The notes beneath the pieces are model-generated. The model saw only the letters and a list, made by a program, of their open reading frames with translations. It had not been told where the DNA came from and made no database searches. A DNA stretch of 39,753 nucleotides, from positions 1 through 39,753 of the forward strand of contig SLRB01000262.1 in the NCBI GenBank assembly GCA_007131165.1, written 5' to 3'. This document shows positions 1 to 9,413 of this stretch, one piece after another. Made by a program: the position numbers and the translations under genes. Source of the stretch: Bacteroidales bacterium. Its GTDB lineage: Bacteria > Bacteroidota > Bacteroidia > Bacteroidales > PUMT01. Position 1 is the first letter of the stretch; every line of letters starts with the position of its first letter.

Positions 1-465
1 ATTCCCCGATGCTGTTTCAATGTTCGATCCGGTTATAACAGGCCTGCTGCCGGAACCATAAGCGCCGATCATAATATTGTCGGCAGTAGTTATCCTGTTC
101 CTGGCAAGGTTGTGCTCTGTACCTCTCTTAATTAAATAGGCGGTATTGGTCTCGAAGGTGGCGTCTGCCAGAGATTTTAATGGATTTTCGATGGTTCCGG
201 AGGATGTTTCGCCCTGATATTCCGGATCTATATATACCCTGTTAGCGTAATCTTCTTCATTGTTGAATTGTTCTGAATAATGATCATGCACCTGTTGGTT
301 GTAAATATCCTCCCATGTAATATTCCTGAAAGGCACAGGGTAGGTACCTGAACGGTCTGGCAAATTTCCGGCCGGATCATCCTCCTCGTACTTGTTGCAT
401 GAAGAAATAATGGCAAAACCCCCAAGGCTCAGCTTTTTTATAAAAGACCGTCTTGTAGTTGTCAT
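1..465 (-). CDS. Exported lipoprotein, probable right-handed beta-helix (pectate-lyase fold) glycan-active enzyme; N-terminal 155 aa only, gene runs off the window
   Basis: I checked the frame by hand: it is open from position 1 to the ATG at 465..463. It is missing from the ORF track because it has no stop in the window; track ORF 228..425 is a different frame. The N-terminus MTTTRRSFIKKLSLGGFAIISSC has a twin-Arg-like signal plus a lipobox Cys. GTIENPLKSLADA...YLIKRGT...IGAYGSGSRPVITG resembles the N-terminal cap of beta-helix proteins. Confidence 0.6.
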   Translation of the reverse strand, partial: MTTTRRSFIKKLSLGGFAIISSCNKYEEDDPAGNLPDRSGTYPVPFRNITWEDIYNQQVHDHYSEQFNNEEDYANRVYIDPEYQGETSSGTIENPLKSLADATFETNTAYLIKRGTEHNLARNRITTADNIMIGAYGSGSRPVITGSNIETASGN

Positions 466-636
466 ATAACAGATTTTAAGTTATTTATGCTGATTGCCGG
501 CGAATAACACAAAACCGTAAATAAGTATATGATAACGTTCCATCACCTGGTATTATTTTGAACAAACTGCCTGTGAGGCATTAACATACCCAGAAACCAG
601 GTATATTCAACGATGCGGGGCTATCAGGGAAAATAT

Positions 637-1728
637 CTATTCCGGACGAGAAGGAATTAATGATTCTACAGCCCAATTATGCCAACGTTTACGGGATCTG
701 TCCCACGCTCCCATACCAGATGCAAAGTCCCAGTAGGCCCATGAGAAATCATTACTCTCTGCAGCATTGCGTACATATGAGGTCCACAAGCTCCGGGATT
801 CCGCCGGCGCGGTTTGATGAGTGCCAAAACCTCCGCAATTAACAACCCGGTTGTTTTCAGCACCCCAGTTCCGGGCCATCTTAAAATGCTCATCGATTGC
901 TTCCATCTCTTCCTGTGTTCCATGCCAGTGGACACTACCACCAGGTATCCTGCTATCCATGCCCTGGTGGGTAAAATCGTATGGCCAGAAGTAATGAAAA
1001 GTTGCAATTAATTGATCGTCCCGGGGCAAAACAAGGTTAAGCAACTGTCTTACACTGCCATATTCAGCGGAACATACCGTAACAACTCTCCGTGGATTTG
1101 ATTTTCTGATTGTTATAAGGGCTTCTGTAAGCATTTCGTTCCAGACCGGGGGTGTCAGGTTGCAACAAGGCTCATCCAAAATGTCAAAAAGGAGCATCTC
1201 AGGATAACTTTTATAATGTTCGGCAATTTGATCCCAAATGGCAATAAATCTTTCCTTTTCACTATGAGGTGATTGCCTCATGCTGTTATAATGATGGATG
1301 TTAATTTTCGCCCTCAGTCCCCGCTTCAATATCCATCCAACAATCTCATCAATCCTGCGGAAGATTGCCGGATGAATTTGAAAAGGCTCTCCCCTGTCAG
1401 CATATGCATCCCATCTGACAGGTATAAGGACAATATCAAAACCCGCATCTTTTATCACATCGATGTGCCACTCAAGATTTACAACCCCCCAGGCACCTTC
1501 ACAAATAACCGGTTTGCCGAAAAAAAAGTCAGGGCACGGGGCCTCGAGAGACCCACCGAGCCAAATACCTTTAGAGATATGCTTCAGCATACTGCCGGCG
1601 CTTAAAAAGCCTGACTGGTCAGTGACGGGGACTATAACATCTGATTCGGCCTTGCACCTCGTTGCATTTAGGATTGCAATGCTTCCTAAACCTGCTGCTC
1701 TTAAAAATGACCTTCTTGTATATGCCAT
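637..1728 (-). CDS. Glycoside hydrolase family 5 (cellulase-like endoglycanase), Tat-type signal
   Basis: 363 aa with an ATG start. The N-terminus is MAYTRRSFLRAAGLGS. GH5-like motifs are IPVRWD, INIHHY and FDILDEP (an NEP-type acid/base Glu context). Confidence 0.75.
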   Translation of the reverse strand: MAYTRRSFLRAAGLGSIAILNATRCKAESDVIVPVTDQSGFLSAGSMLKHISKGIWLGGSLEAPCPDFFFGKPVICEGAWGVVNLEWHIDVIKDAGFDIVLIPVRWDAYADRGEPFQIHPAIFRRIDEIVGWILKRGLRAKINIHHYNSMRQSPHSEKERFIAIWDQIAEHYKSYPEMLLFDILDEPCCNLTPPVWNEMLTEALITIRKSNPRRVVTVCSAEYGSVRQLLNLVLPRDDQLIATFHYFWPYDFTHQGMDSRIPGGSVHWHGTQEEMEAIDEHFKMARNWGAENNRVVNCGGFGTHQTAPAESRSLWTSYVRNAAESNDFSWAYWDFASGMGAWDRSRKRWHNWAVESLIPSRPE

Positions 1729-1790
1729 AACAGATTTATAAAAGACAGGAATAATGAACCTGCAATTAAGTAGCCGGTGATATTACAATA

Positions 1791-2582
1791 TCATCTTTCG
1801 GGGGGTATCTCTTCTGCCTGAACATGAGTTGCCGGCACTCCAACTCCAAGAAACCTTATTTTGAAAAGGTTAATAAAGAAAATAAAGTTACCAGGGATAT
1901 ATCTTTTCCACATCCTTGAAGGTTCGATATATAGCCTGTAGAGCCATTCCATGCCAACCTTCCGTAACCAAAGCGGGGCTCTTTTTATGCGCCCCGATAA
2001 AAAATCGAGAATAGCTCCCCCGGCAATTATTATTTTTACCTTCTTTAACAATTGTTTGTTCCTGACTGCCCACAGCTCCTGCCGGGGCACCCCCATCCCT
2101 ATAATAAGAAGCTCTGCCCCGGATTCTTCTATTTTGTCAATAAGGTCTTTTTCGTCATCAGTTCCAAAAAACCCTGTATGAGACCCTGCTATATCCAGAC
2201 CGGGCAAAGACCGCTTCACATTGACCGAGGCTTTTTCTGCGACCCCATCCAAACCACCAAGAAAATATACTCTTTTATTTTTTTTTGCTGCCAGTTTCAG
2301 TATCTCCGGAATCAGATCAGTGCCGTTTAAATTTTCCCTTAGGGATAAACCTGAAAGTAAAGATGCAATTTTTATCCCTACACCGTCATTAAGAAGTAAA
2401 TCGGAGCTATTTATAGCATCCCTGTACTCACGGTTTTTCTGAGCTGTATTAAAACAATGTGCATTCAGGAAGAAAATTGTCTGAGCCCTTTCAGACTTAA
2501 AAAAATCAGAACATCTGGCAAGTACTCCCTGCAAGTCAGTTATATCAAGATTTATATTGTAAAAAACACACTTTCTGTCCAT
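1791..2582 (-). CDS. WecG/TagA/CpsF family (GT26) glycosyltransferase
   Basis: 263 aa. LLNDGVGI and MGVPRQELW motifs are typical of GT26. It sits in a polysaccharide locus. Confidence 0.8.
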   Translation of the reverse strand: MDRKCVFYNINLDITDLQGVLARCSDFFKSERAQTIFFLNAHCFNTAQKNREYRDAINSSDLLLNDGVGIKIASLLSGLSLRENLNGTDLIPEILKLAAKKNKRVYFLGGLDGVAEKASVNVKRSLPGLDIAGSHTGFFGTDDEKDLIDKIEESGAELLIIGMGVPRQELWAVRNKQLLKKVKIIIAGGAILDFLSGRIKRAPLWLRKVGMEWLYRLYIEPSRMWKRYIPGNFIFFINLFKIRFLGVGVPATHVQAEEIPPER

Positions 2583-2658
2583 AACCGTTTAACAATGCCC
2601 CACAGCAATAATTACCCGGTCTCAATAAATTTCTTTACAAGACCATGCATCATAAAAC

Positions 2659-5100
2659 TTAAAAAACTGCAATTTTCTTTCTCCAGTATTCGATCTTTTT
2701 CATCAGGGGGCCTTTTGTTTTCTTTTTTTCGGCATACGCATACCTGCCGTATCTTAGCTTATCTTCATAACTGTCGTTAATCAGAAGGTAGAGGTCATCG
2801 ATATTTTTACCCTCAATATCCTCCATACTTGCGGCAAGTGCTTTTTTCTTTGTGTAACCTATTCTCGAAACATAGATTTTTATATCGGCAATATTCATTA
2901 GTAAAAATGCATCCGTAACCAAGCCGTAAGGAGGTGTGTCAATTATTATAAAATCATATTCCTTTTTAAGCCTTTTAAATAATTCATGAGTTCTTGTATT
3001 GGATATCAACTCTATGGGATTCGGTGGCACCGGGCCTGCCTGTATTATTTCAAGGTTTGGAACTTCAGTTGGAACGATAATCTCTTCATACGTTGCTTTA
3101 TTTATAAGGAAACTGCTTATCCCGACAAGTTCGTTAGCATTGAACGCCTGATCAACAAACCTGTTGGGATTTCGGAGGTCAAACTCAACAAGCACGGTCT
3201 TGCTGTTTGCCAGGGCAAAACTTGTAGCCAGGTTTATTGCAGAAAATGATTTGCCTTCTCCCTGTGCAGTGGAAGTAACGAGAATTGTCCTGTTACTCTC
3301 CCCCTGTAAATAATAAACCAAATTTGTACGTAACATATGAAATGCCTCGGCTATAGGTGAACGGGGATAATCCTTCACAACGTTCTGTTCGGAATACTGG
3401 CTCACAGGTATAGACCCCATTACAGGCAGTTTTGTGATGAGTTTTATATCATCCTTATTGCTAATACGATTGGTTATAAGCCTGATCCCCATTATCGCCC
3501 CTGAAGGTAACAGCATACCGGCAAACAGGGCAAGAAACAATACAATTACCCTGTTTGGGCTTGCAACTCCCATATGCCTTGGCGGTTCAATGATTTTCGC
3601 ATCCGGGAGCTTTGAGGCTTTGATTATTTGTGCCTGGATTCTCCTTTCTAAAAGAGAGGTATAGATAGCATCACTCAGGTTAAACCTCCTCTCAATTCCG
3701 AGCAATTGTCTCTGTGTGCCGGGAAGACTTGCAAATTCCTCGTTTAGATGGGCTATTTTAGTTTCAAGATCATTGAGTTCACTTTGTGTATTGCTTTTAG
3801 TGAAGCGTATATTGTCGGAAATGGCGGTTTTCAGGTTTTCGATACTTATATCAATTGTCTGGAGGCGGGGATTTCTTGTCTGATCCTGATGAATTATTCT
3901 TTGTTTTTCTGAATTGAGGTTTACAAGTTCCTGTATCAGGTTATTAAGCAGCGGATTAGGTATCCCGAGAGCTGAAGGCGCCAGTATCCGGGAAGAATCC
4001 TTATACTCTTCAAAATACTCAGACAATTGTTCAAGATGGTTCAGCCTCCGCCTTGTATCATCATACAATCTTCGCGAATTCTCAAGCTGTAAATAGATGT
4101 TTTGCGCCTTCTCTTCTATATTAAGGACACTGTGACTGCTTCTGAGATTTTGCAATTGCTCCTCAGAACGCGTCAGATCCTGGGATACATCTACCAATTG
4201 CCTGTCGATATGCTCGATTGTCTGGCTTGCAAGGAAGTTAGCCTCTTCAAGATTGGCATCAATATATGACTGTATAAGAGCGTTAAGAAATTCAAGTCCG
4301 AGTCCGCTGTTTTCAGCTCTGACTGATATTTCGACAAGTGTCGACTCGAGACTCTTGTTGGAAATACTAAGAGAATTCTTAAATGATGATGCAAGCCAGT
4401 TGAGATTATTGAACTTGAAAAACAGGTTTTTATTAATATACCTGTCCGGGTCAAAGTTTGAATTGAGCAATACTGTAAACGAAGCAAGCTCATTTGATAT
4501 AAGAGACCCGAAATTATAGGTGCCCTCAATTTCAAAGGCTGCTGAGTTGCTGACCACCCGTTCTTCATCAAAGTTCATAATTACAGCCTCATCGCTTGAA
4601 GCCGTTATTTCAAATTTCTCCTCGTCTATTATATTGATATGAAAATAAACATTGACAGGCTGAAGGTGGTTCTCTGTGGGAATTACCATAAATGGGGAAT
4701 CCCTGTATATATTCTCATAACTGAATTTGAAACGCCTGGGTATCAATCCATTCTGTGTATAGTAGTAAGTCCGGATATCCAGGTCTCCCACAACATCCCG
4801 TATCAGCGGAAGGGATTGCATGAAATGAATTTCATTCTGCAGGGTTTTGTCCTGGAGGATAAAATCAAAGGCACTCAGTATCTCGGCAGCTCCCCCTCCC
4901 CTGCCTGCAAAGTTATTGTTATTCTCAAGCCTTAATAATACAGAGCTGCTTACCCGGTATGTTTTGGCAGAATACTGAAGATAAAGAATGGCAAAAAGAA
5001 AACTTAATGCAAGTGATATCGCCACAATATGCCAGTACCTCATTAAATCTTTCAGCAGTTGTAAAAGATTGTTTGCCGTTACATCATCACTTCTCTTCAT
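2659..5100 (-). CDS. Polysaccharide co-polymerase / tyrosine autokinase (Wzc/GumC-like chain-length determinant)
   Basis: 813 aa. It has an N-terminal TM, a long coiled-coil periplasmic region and a second TM. The C-terminal P-loop is VTSTAQGEGKS, the Walker B is DFIIIDTPP, and the tail is Tyr-rich (YEDKLRYGRYAYAE). Confidence 0.85.
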   Translation of the reverse strand: MKRSDDVTANNLLQLLKDLMRYWHIVAISLALSFLFAILYLQYSAKTYRVSSSVLLRLENNNNFAGRGGGAAEILSAFDFILQDKTLQNEIHFMQSLPLIRDVVGDLDIRTYYYTQNGLIPRRFKFSYENIYRDSPFMVIPTENHLQPVNVYFHINIIDEEKFEITASSDEAVIMNFDEERVVSNSAAFEIEGTYNFGSLISNELASFTVLLNSNFDPDRYINKNLFFKFNNLNWLASSFKNSLSISNKSLESTLVEISVRAENSGLGLEFLNALIQSYIDANLEEANFLASQTIEHIDRQLVDVSQDLTRSEEQLQNLRSSHSVLNIEEKAQNIYLQLENSRRLYDDTRRRLNHLEQLSEYFEEYKDSSRILAPSALGIPNPLLNNLIQELVNLNSEKQRIIHQDQTRNPRLQTIDISIENLKTAISDNIRFTKSNTQSELNDLETKIAHLNEEFASLPGTQRQLLGIERRFNLSDAIYTSLLERRIQAQIIKASKLPDAKIIEPPRHMGVASPNRVIVLFLALFAGMLLPSGAIMGIRLITNRISNKDDIKLITKLPVMGSIPVSQYSEQNVVKDYPRSPIAEAFHMLRTNLVYYLQGESNRTILVTSTAQGEGKSFSAINLATSFALANSKTVLVEFDLRNPNRFVDQAFNANELVGISSFLINKATYEEIIVPTEVPNLEIIQAGPVPPNPIELISNTRTHELFKRLKKEYDFIIIDTPPYGLVTDAFLLMNIADIKIYVSRIGYTKKKALAASMEDIEGKNIDDLYLLINDSYEDKLRYGRYAYAEKKKTKGPLMKKIEYWRKKIAVF

Positions 5101-5179
5101 GGCCTGTGTTTTTATATTTCAACGCGTTGATTTCAAAATACCTCTTCAAGTTACGTCCTGTTTTTCAGAAAAGCAATAT

Positions 5180-5947
5180 CTAATTGGTCTGCACAAAAGT
5201 TATTAAAACTATTGCAGTAGTTATTGCCGAAATTATAAGATTGTATGGCACGGTTGCCAGATCGAATTTTTTTCTGCGCAGAGGTTCAACATAGATAATG
5301 TCGTCCGATTTGACAATATACCACTCAGATTCGAACAGGTCATCAGTGGTCAGGTCAACATATGTTTTGGTTCTCCTCACACCGTCCTCCCTTATAATAA
5401 GAACATTCCGGCGATTGCCGAATTCAGTAATGTCATTTGCATATCCAATTGCCTGGAAAATATTTATGTTTTTATAGTTAAACATATAAACACCCGGACT
5501 GTTCACTTCTCCCAGAACAGTCACTTTGGTATTTACGAACCTGATATATGCCGCAGGCATAAACAGGAATTCATTCAGGGCCAATTCTATTTTGTCAGAG
5601 GCTTCCTCCAGTGTAAGGTCAGCAAGTAATATCCTGCCGATATAAGGCAACTTGATTGTCCCGTCATCACTTACAGTATAACTCAATAATGTCGGGTCAT
5701 ATATCCCTCTTGGCTGGTCAAGCGGTATTATGTTTGTTCCAACCTCGTCGGCACTTGTAATTCTTACATAGAGCTCGTCCCCGGGCCGGATAATATTGTC
5801 AATTTGCTGTCCGGTATACTGCATGTCCAAAGGATCTGTATCAGGTTCGGACTGAACATAGGCAAGTCTGGTTAAAGGAATACAGGAAGATGAAAAAATG
5901 GCCATAAGCAGCGCGAAAAATAATAACCTGGAAACTGAATATTTCAT
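5180..5947 (-). CDS. Outer-membrane polysaccharide export protein (Wza/Poly_export + SLBB)
   Basis: 255 aa with a signal/lipobox (FSSSC). It carries the IRPGDELYVRI Poly_export motif and lies directly upstream of the Wzc-like gene. Confidence 0.8.
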   Translation of the reverse strand: MKYSVSRLLFFALLMAIFSSSCIPLTRLAYVQSEPDTDPLDMQYTGQQIDNIIRPGDELYVRITSADEVGTNIIPLDQPRGIYDPTLLSYTVSDDGTIKLPYIGRILLADLTLEEASDKIELALNEFLFMPAAYIRFVNTKVTVLGEVNSPGVYMFNYKNINIFQAIGYANDITEFGNRRNVLIIREDGVRRTKTYVDLTTDDLFESEWYIVKSDDIIYVEPLRRKKFDLATVPYNLIISAITTAIVLITFVQTN

Positions 5948-6103
5948 TTAATCTTAAAATTTATATGTGTTAAAAAGCAAATCAGGTGATAGAGTCATCC
6001 ATACCTGAAGAAATTATCTGGAAATTGATTATCGAAATTTAACCGGTTCATTACAAACACATAAACCCTAACCAACAAGGGGTCATTCCGGGGTCAATAC
6101 GAC

Positions 6104-7642
6104 CTATCGACCCTGGGCGAGGAATAACGTTGCAACTGTTTTGACAAAAAGCCTTGCATCCATGCTAAGAGACCAGTTATCAATATAGTTAAGATCCATA
6201 TTCATCCAATCATTAAATTTAATATCATTTCTACGGGGCATTATCTGCCACGAGCAGGTGATACCGGGTTTAACCGACAATCGCCTCAGCTGCCATCTCT
6301 CATATAGGCTTACTTCCTTCTCCAGCGGCGGGCGGGGACCTATGAGCGACATTTCCCCTTTGATAACATTAATAAGTTGCGGGAGTTCATCCAGGCCGGT
6401 TTTTCTTAAAAATCTGCCAATCCGTGTGATCCTGGGATCATCTTTCATCTTAAACGTCGGTCCGTCCATTTCGTTATTCTCCCTGAGTTTCTCAAGCAGC
6501 TCCTCAGCGTTTGCAACCATCGTCCGGAATTTGTACAATCTGAACTTTCTTCCCCTCAGCCCTATCCTTTCCTGGCTGAAAAACACGGGGCCCTTAGAAT
6601 CGATCTTTATAAGCAAAGAAACCAGCAGGAACAGGGGGGACAAAAGAACAACCGCAATAATTGACAAATAACTGTCTGTAATGGTTTTAACCTCAAATGG
6701 CAATCTCAGAGAAGGTATATCTACCAGTGGCAGCTTACCCTTATTATTTATTGTTTTAAGGCTTATCTGCACCGGATCAAGGTCATTTCTGCAGGATTGA
6801 ACCCTGAAAACCACACCAATCTCATCACATATTTTTGCTATTGACCGTATCTCATCCCTTTCTGCACCGCTCCTGCAGAGGAAAACTTCATCAATAACGT
6901 TATTTTCAAGCAGGCTTGCTATATCTGATCCTGTGGGAAGTATCCTGGAATCATTTCCGTATTTCATCTTAACAAGCTCTGAATCTGTAAGTATAGAATG
7001 AATTTTATACCCCCATTCCTTTTGATCGAGAAGCTTGTCTATAATCCCTGTGTACTGGTCGTCGGCAATAACCAGGATATGACGCATATCATAGCCTTTT
7101 GCCCTGTAGATCCTGATGGCATTTATGGAAATAAGCCTTATGACAAGGGTTGCCAGCATGCTTAAAAGAACATAGGTGATTATAAATATAACAGGGATTG
7201 AAGAAAGGAAGAATATAAATTTGAATGCTATCAAAATAAGAAAGATCCATAAATTTCCCCTTAAAAAAGAGAACACAACAGTCATCGTGCTGTTGTTTCG
7301 GGGTAACCTGGCAATACTGGTCAGATAGGAAAGAACAAACCATGAAACAACTATCATACCCGAAAACAGGATAAAGTGAACAATATCAAATTGCCAGGAG
7401 TAATTGAAATAGTTTAAATACCTGAAAAGGATTAATTTAAACTCCATCTCATGGAAAGGAATATATATATTGTTTATAATATAGCCTGACAGGATATATG
7501 CCAATGGTATACAAATCAATACAGCAAGTAATTCGAGGGAGTTGAGAACATACCTTAATTCCGTCGCTGAGGGACTTAAAGCCCTGCCGGCCATTTTATT
7601 TCCTACTGTGCTGCTTTCAGCCATAACGCTCCTTGTTATCAT
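6104..7642 (-). CDS. Initiating polyprenyl-phosphate sugar-phosphate transferase (WbaP/WcaJ-like bacterial sugar transferase)
   Basis: 512 aa with a multi-TM N-terminal half. The C-terminal domain has SLIGPRPP and KPGITCSWQI motifs. The exact start is uncertain (M1, M7 or M17). Confidence 0.85.
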   Translation of the reverse strand: MITRSVMAESSTVGNKMAGRALSPSATELRYVLNSLELLAVLICIPLAYILSGYIINNIYIPFHEMEFKLILFRYLNYFNYSWQFDIVHFILFSGMIVVSWFVLSYLTSIARLPRNNSTMTVVFSFLRGNLWIFLILIAFKFIFFLSSIPVIFIITYVLLSMLATLVIRLISINAIRIYRAKGYDMRHILVIADDQYTGIIDKLLDQKEWGYKIHSILTDSELVKMKYGNDSRILPTGSDIASLLENNVIDEVFLCRSGAERDEIRSIAKICDEIGVVFRVQSCRNDLDPVQISLKTINNKGKLPLVDIPSLRLPFEVKTITDSYLSIIAVVLLSPLFLLVSLLIKIDSKGPVFFSQERIGLRGRKFRLYKFRTMVANAEELLEKLRENNEMDGPTFKMKDDPRITRIGRFLRKTGLDELPQLINVIKGEMSLIGPRPPLEKEVSLYERWQLRRLSVKPGITCSWQIMPRRNDIKFNDWMNMDLNYIDNWSLSMDARLFVKTVATLFLAQGR

Positions 7643-8269
7643 ATTCCTTTTTATAACATCAAAAAGAGCACTTTGTTCGAATTTAAATATACACCCCTTT
7701 AAAAAGCTAAATTACTACAATACTGATGATGATCAATAAACGCAAATGCACATTTTTACCAACCCTCTAATTATGGTGATAAATGGATGTATTTTGTAGA
7801 TCAAACTTCTTAATGCTGTCTTTCAGCGTTTTAACTCATCGTGCCGCGATTCCCCCCAATTCAGGAGGCCTGGTCAGTATCAGCGCCCGGCTTAATCACA
7901 GCCTTGCAACTATTACCTCTTTTGTTAACAAATTAACATTATTTTAAAAAGTCCCCGCAAAACGAGTCGAAACCCCCGATAATTATGGTATTTCGCAAAT
8001 TATATAAGCTTTATGCGGAAAATCATAAGAACAAATTAGATTAATCAATCCAATAATCAGTGAATTATATGTTGAATACAATAGGCATTCAGTGCCCTGA
8101 ATACAAAGAACCCGCATGTTTTGTCCATGTTAATCTGTCTGACGCAGCCTGATGGGGGCATCTTGATTATCAGAACGGCATAAACTGAAATACAACGTTT
8201 CTGACAATTCAACACTAAAAAGTTGACAAGTTTATGCGGGTTATCGGGAATTATATTTCGAAAGAGCCA

Positions 8270-8277
8270 TATATTTG
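8270..8277 (+). promoter_or_regulatory. Bacteroidota-type -7 promoter box TATATTTG (TAnnTTTG) for gmd-fcl
   Basis: Exact match to TAnnTTTG, ending 29 nt upstream of the gmd ATG at 8307. Confidence 0.5.
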
Positions 8278-8306
8278 CATTAAAAGATATCAAAAACGAT
8301 AAAAAA

Positions 8307-9386
8307 ATGCAGAATAAAAAAGCTTTGATTTCAGGTATTACCGGCCAGGACGGATCTTATCTTACCGAACTGCTGCTGGAAAAAGGATATGAAGTGCATG
8401 GAATAATAAGGCGCGCAAGTTCTTTCAACACTTTCAGGATCGACCATCTTTACAATGACCCCGAACTACTCAACAAAAGATTTTTCCTTCATCACGGCGA
8501 CCTTACCGATTCCAGCAACCTCAACCGGCTTGTAGAGAAGATCAGGCCCGATGAGATATACAATCTTGGGGCACAGAGCCATGTCCTGGTCTCATTTGAA
8601 GTCCCCGAATATACTGCAGAGGTTGACGGTGTCGGCACCTTAAGATTCCTTGACGCCATAAAAGAAACCGGGATCAGGACACGCTTCTATCAGGCTTCTA
8701 CCTCTGAGTTATACGGACTTGTGCAGGAGGTTCCACAGAATGAAAACACACCCTTTTACCCCAGAAGCCCTTATGCTGCAGCAAAGCTCTATGCTTACTG
8801 GATCGTTGTCAATTACCGGGAGGCCTATAACCTATTCGCGTGTAACGGCATATTGTTCAACCACGAAAGCGAAAGGAGGGGGAAAACTTTTGTTACAAGG
8901 AAAATCAGCGTAGCCGTGGCAAAGATCATGACAGGGCAGCAGGACAAACTCCTGCTCGGCAACCTCGAAGCGAAGAGGGACTGGGGTTATGCCCCGGAAT
9001 ATGCTGAGGGTATGTGGCGTATGCTGCAGGCAGAAACCCCGGAGGACTATGTCCTGGCCACTAATGAAACTCACAGGATCCGGGACTTTGTCGAGGAAGC
9101 ATTCAGGGTGCTCGGCGAAGAAATTGTCTGGAAGGGAAGCGGGGTCAATGAAAAAGGGTTCCTTAAATCCTCGGGGAAAGAAGTTGTTGCGATTGACCCC
9201 AGGTATTTCCGCCCCACCGAAGTTGACCTGTTGATTGGCGATTACTCCAAAGCAAAGGAGAAACTGGGATGGGAACCAAAAACCACCTTCAAAGATCTTG
9301 TCAGGATAATGGTCCTGGCAGATTTTGAAAAAGCACGCACCAGAGCCGGAAACAATACAGGGGCTGATACCGAACCTCCGGCATAA
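8307..9386 (+). CDS. gmd: GDP-mannose 4,6-dehydratase
   Basis: [42 protein letters not shown] is a classic Gmd N-terminus. The track ORF starts at 8223 with a non-ATG codon; the ATG at 8307 fits the family length (about 359 aa). Confidence 0.93.
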   Translation: MQNKKALISGITGQDGSYLTELLLEKGYEVHGIIRRASSFNTFRIDHLYNDPELLNKRFFLHHGDLTDSSNLNRLVEKIRPDEIYNLGAQSHVLVSFEVPEYTAEVDGVGTLRFLDAIKETGIRTRFYQASTSELYGLVQEVPQNENTPFYPRSPYAAAKLYAYWIVVNYREAYNLFACNGILFNHESERRGKTFVTRKISVAVAKIMTGQQDKLLLGNLEAKRDWGYAPEYAEGMWRMLQAETPEDYVLATNETHRIRDFVEEAFRVLGEEIVWKGSGVNEKGFLKSSGKEVVAIDPRYFRPTEVDLLIGDYSKAKEKLGWEPKTTFKDLVRIMVLADFEKARTRAGNNTGADTEPPA

Positions 9387-9413
9387 ACACAATAACCACC
9401 CACAAGCAAAATC

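Noticed and set aside
228-425. Track ORF of 65 aa on the minus strand
   Set aside because: It lies in a different frame inside the longer open frame 1..465, which has a proper signal peptide and lipobox. I treat it as a shadow ORF.
8057-8293. 78-aa minus-strand ORF in the gmd upstream region
   Set aside because: It overlaps the gmd -7 box, has no recognisable domain or signal, and is AT-rich and low-complexity. It is probably non-coding, though the intergenic region itself is flagged as a finding.
8223-8306. N-terminal extensions suggested by the ORF track. Examples: gmd from 8223, K+ channel from 10829, LytTR from 14222, moeA from 35342, the ABC ATPase from 37156, the P-loop protein from 36035
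   Set aside because: In every case a downstream start reproduces the family-typical N-terminus. That start either follows a TAnnTTTG box or forms a stop/start overlap. Where I read the codon directly (gmd, the K+ channel), the extension begins at a non-ATG codon.
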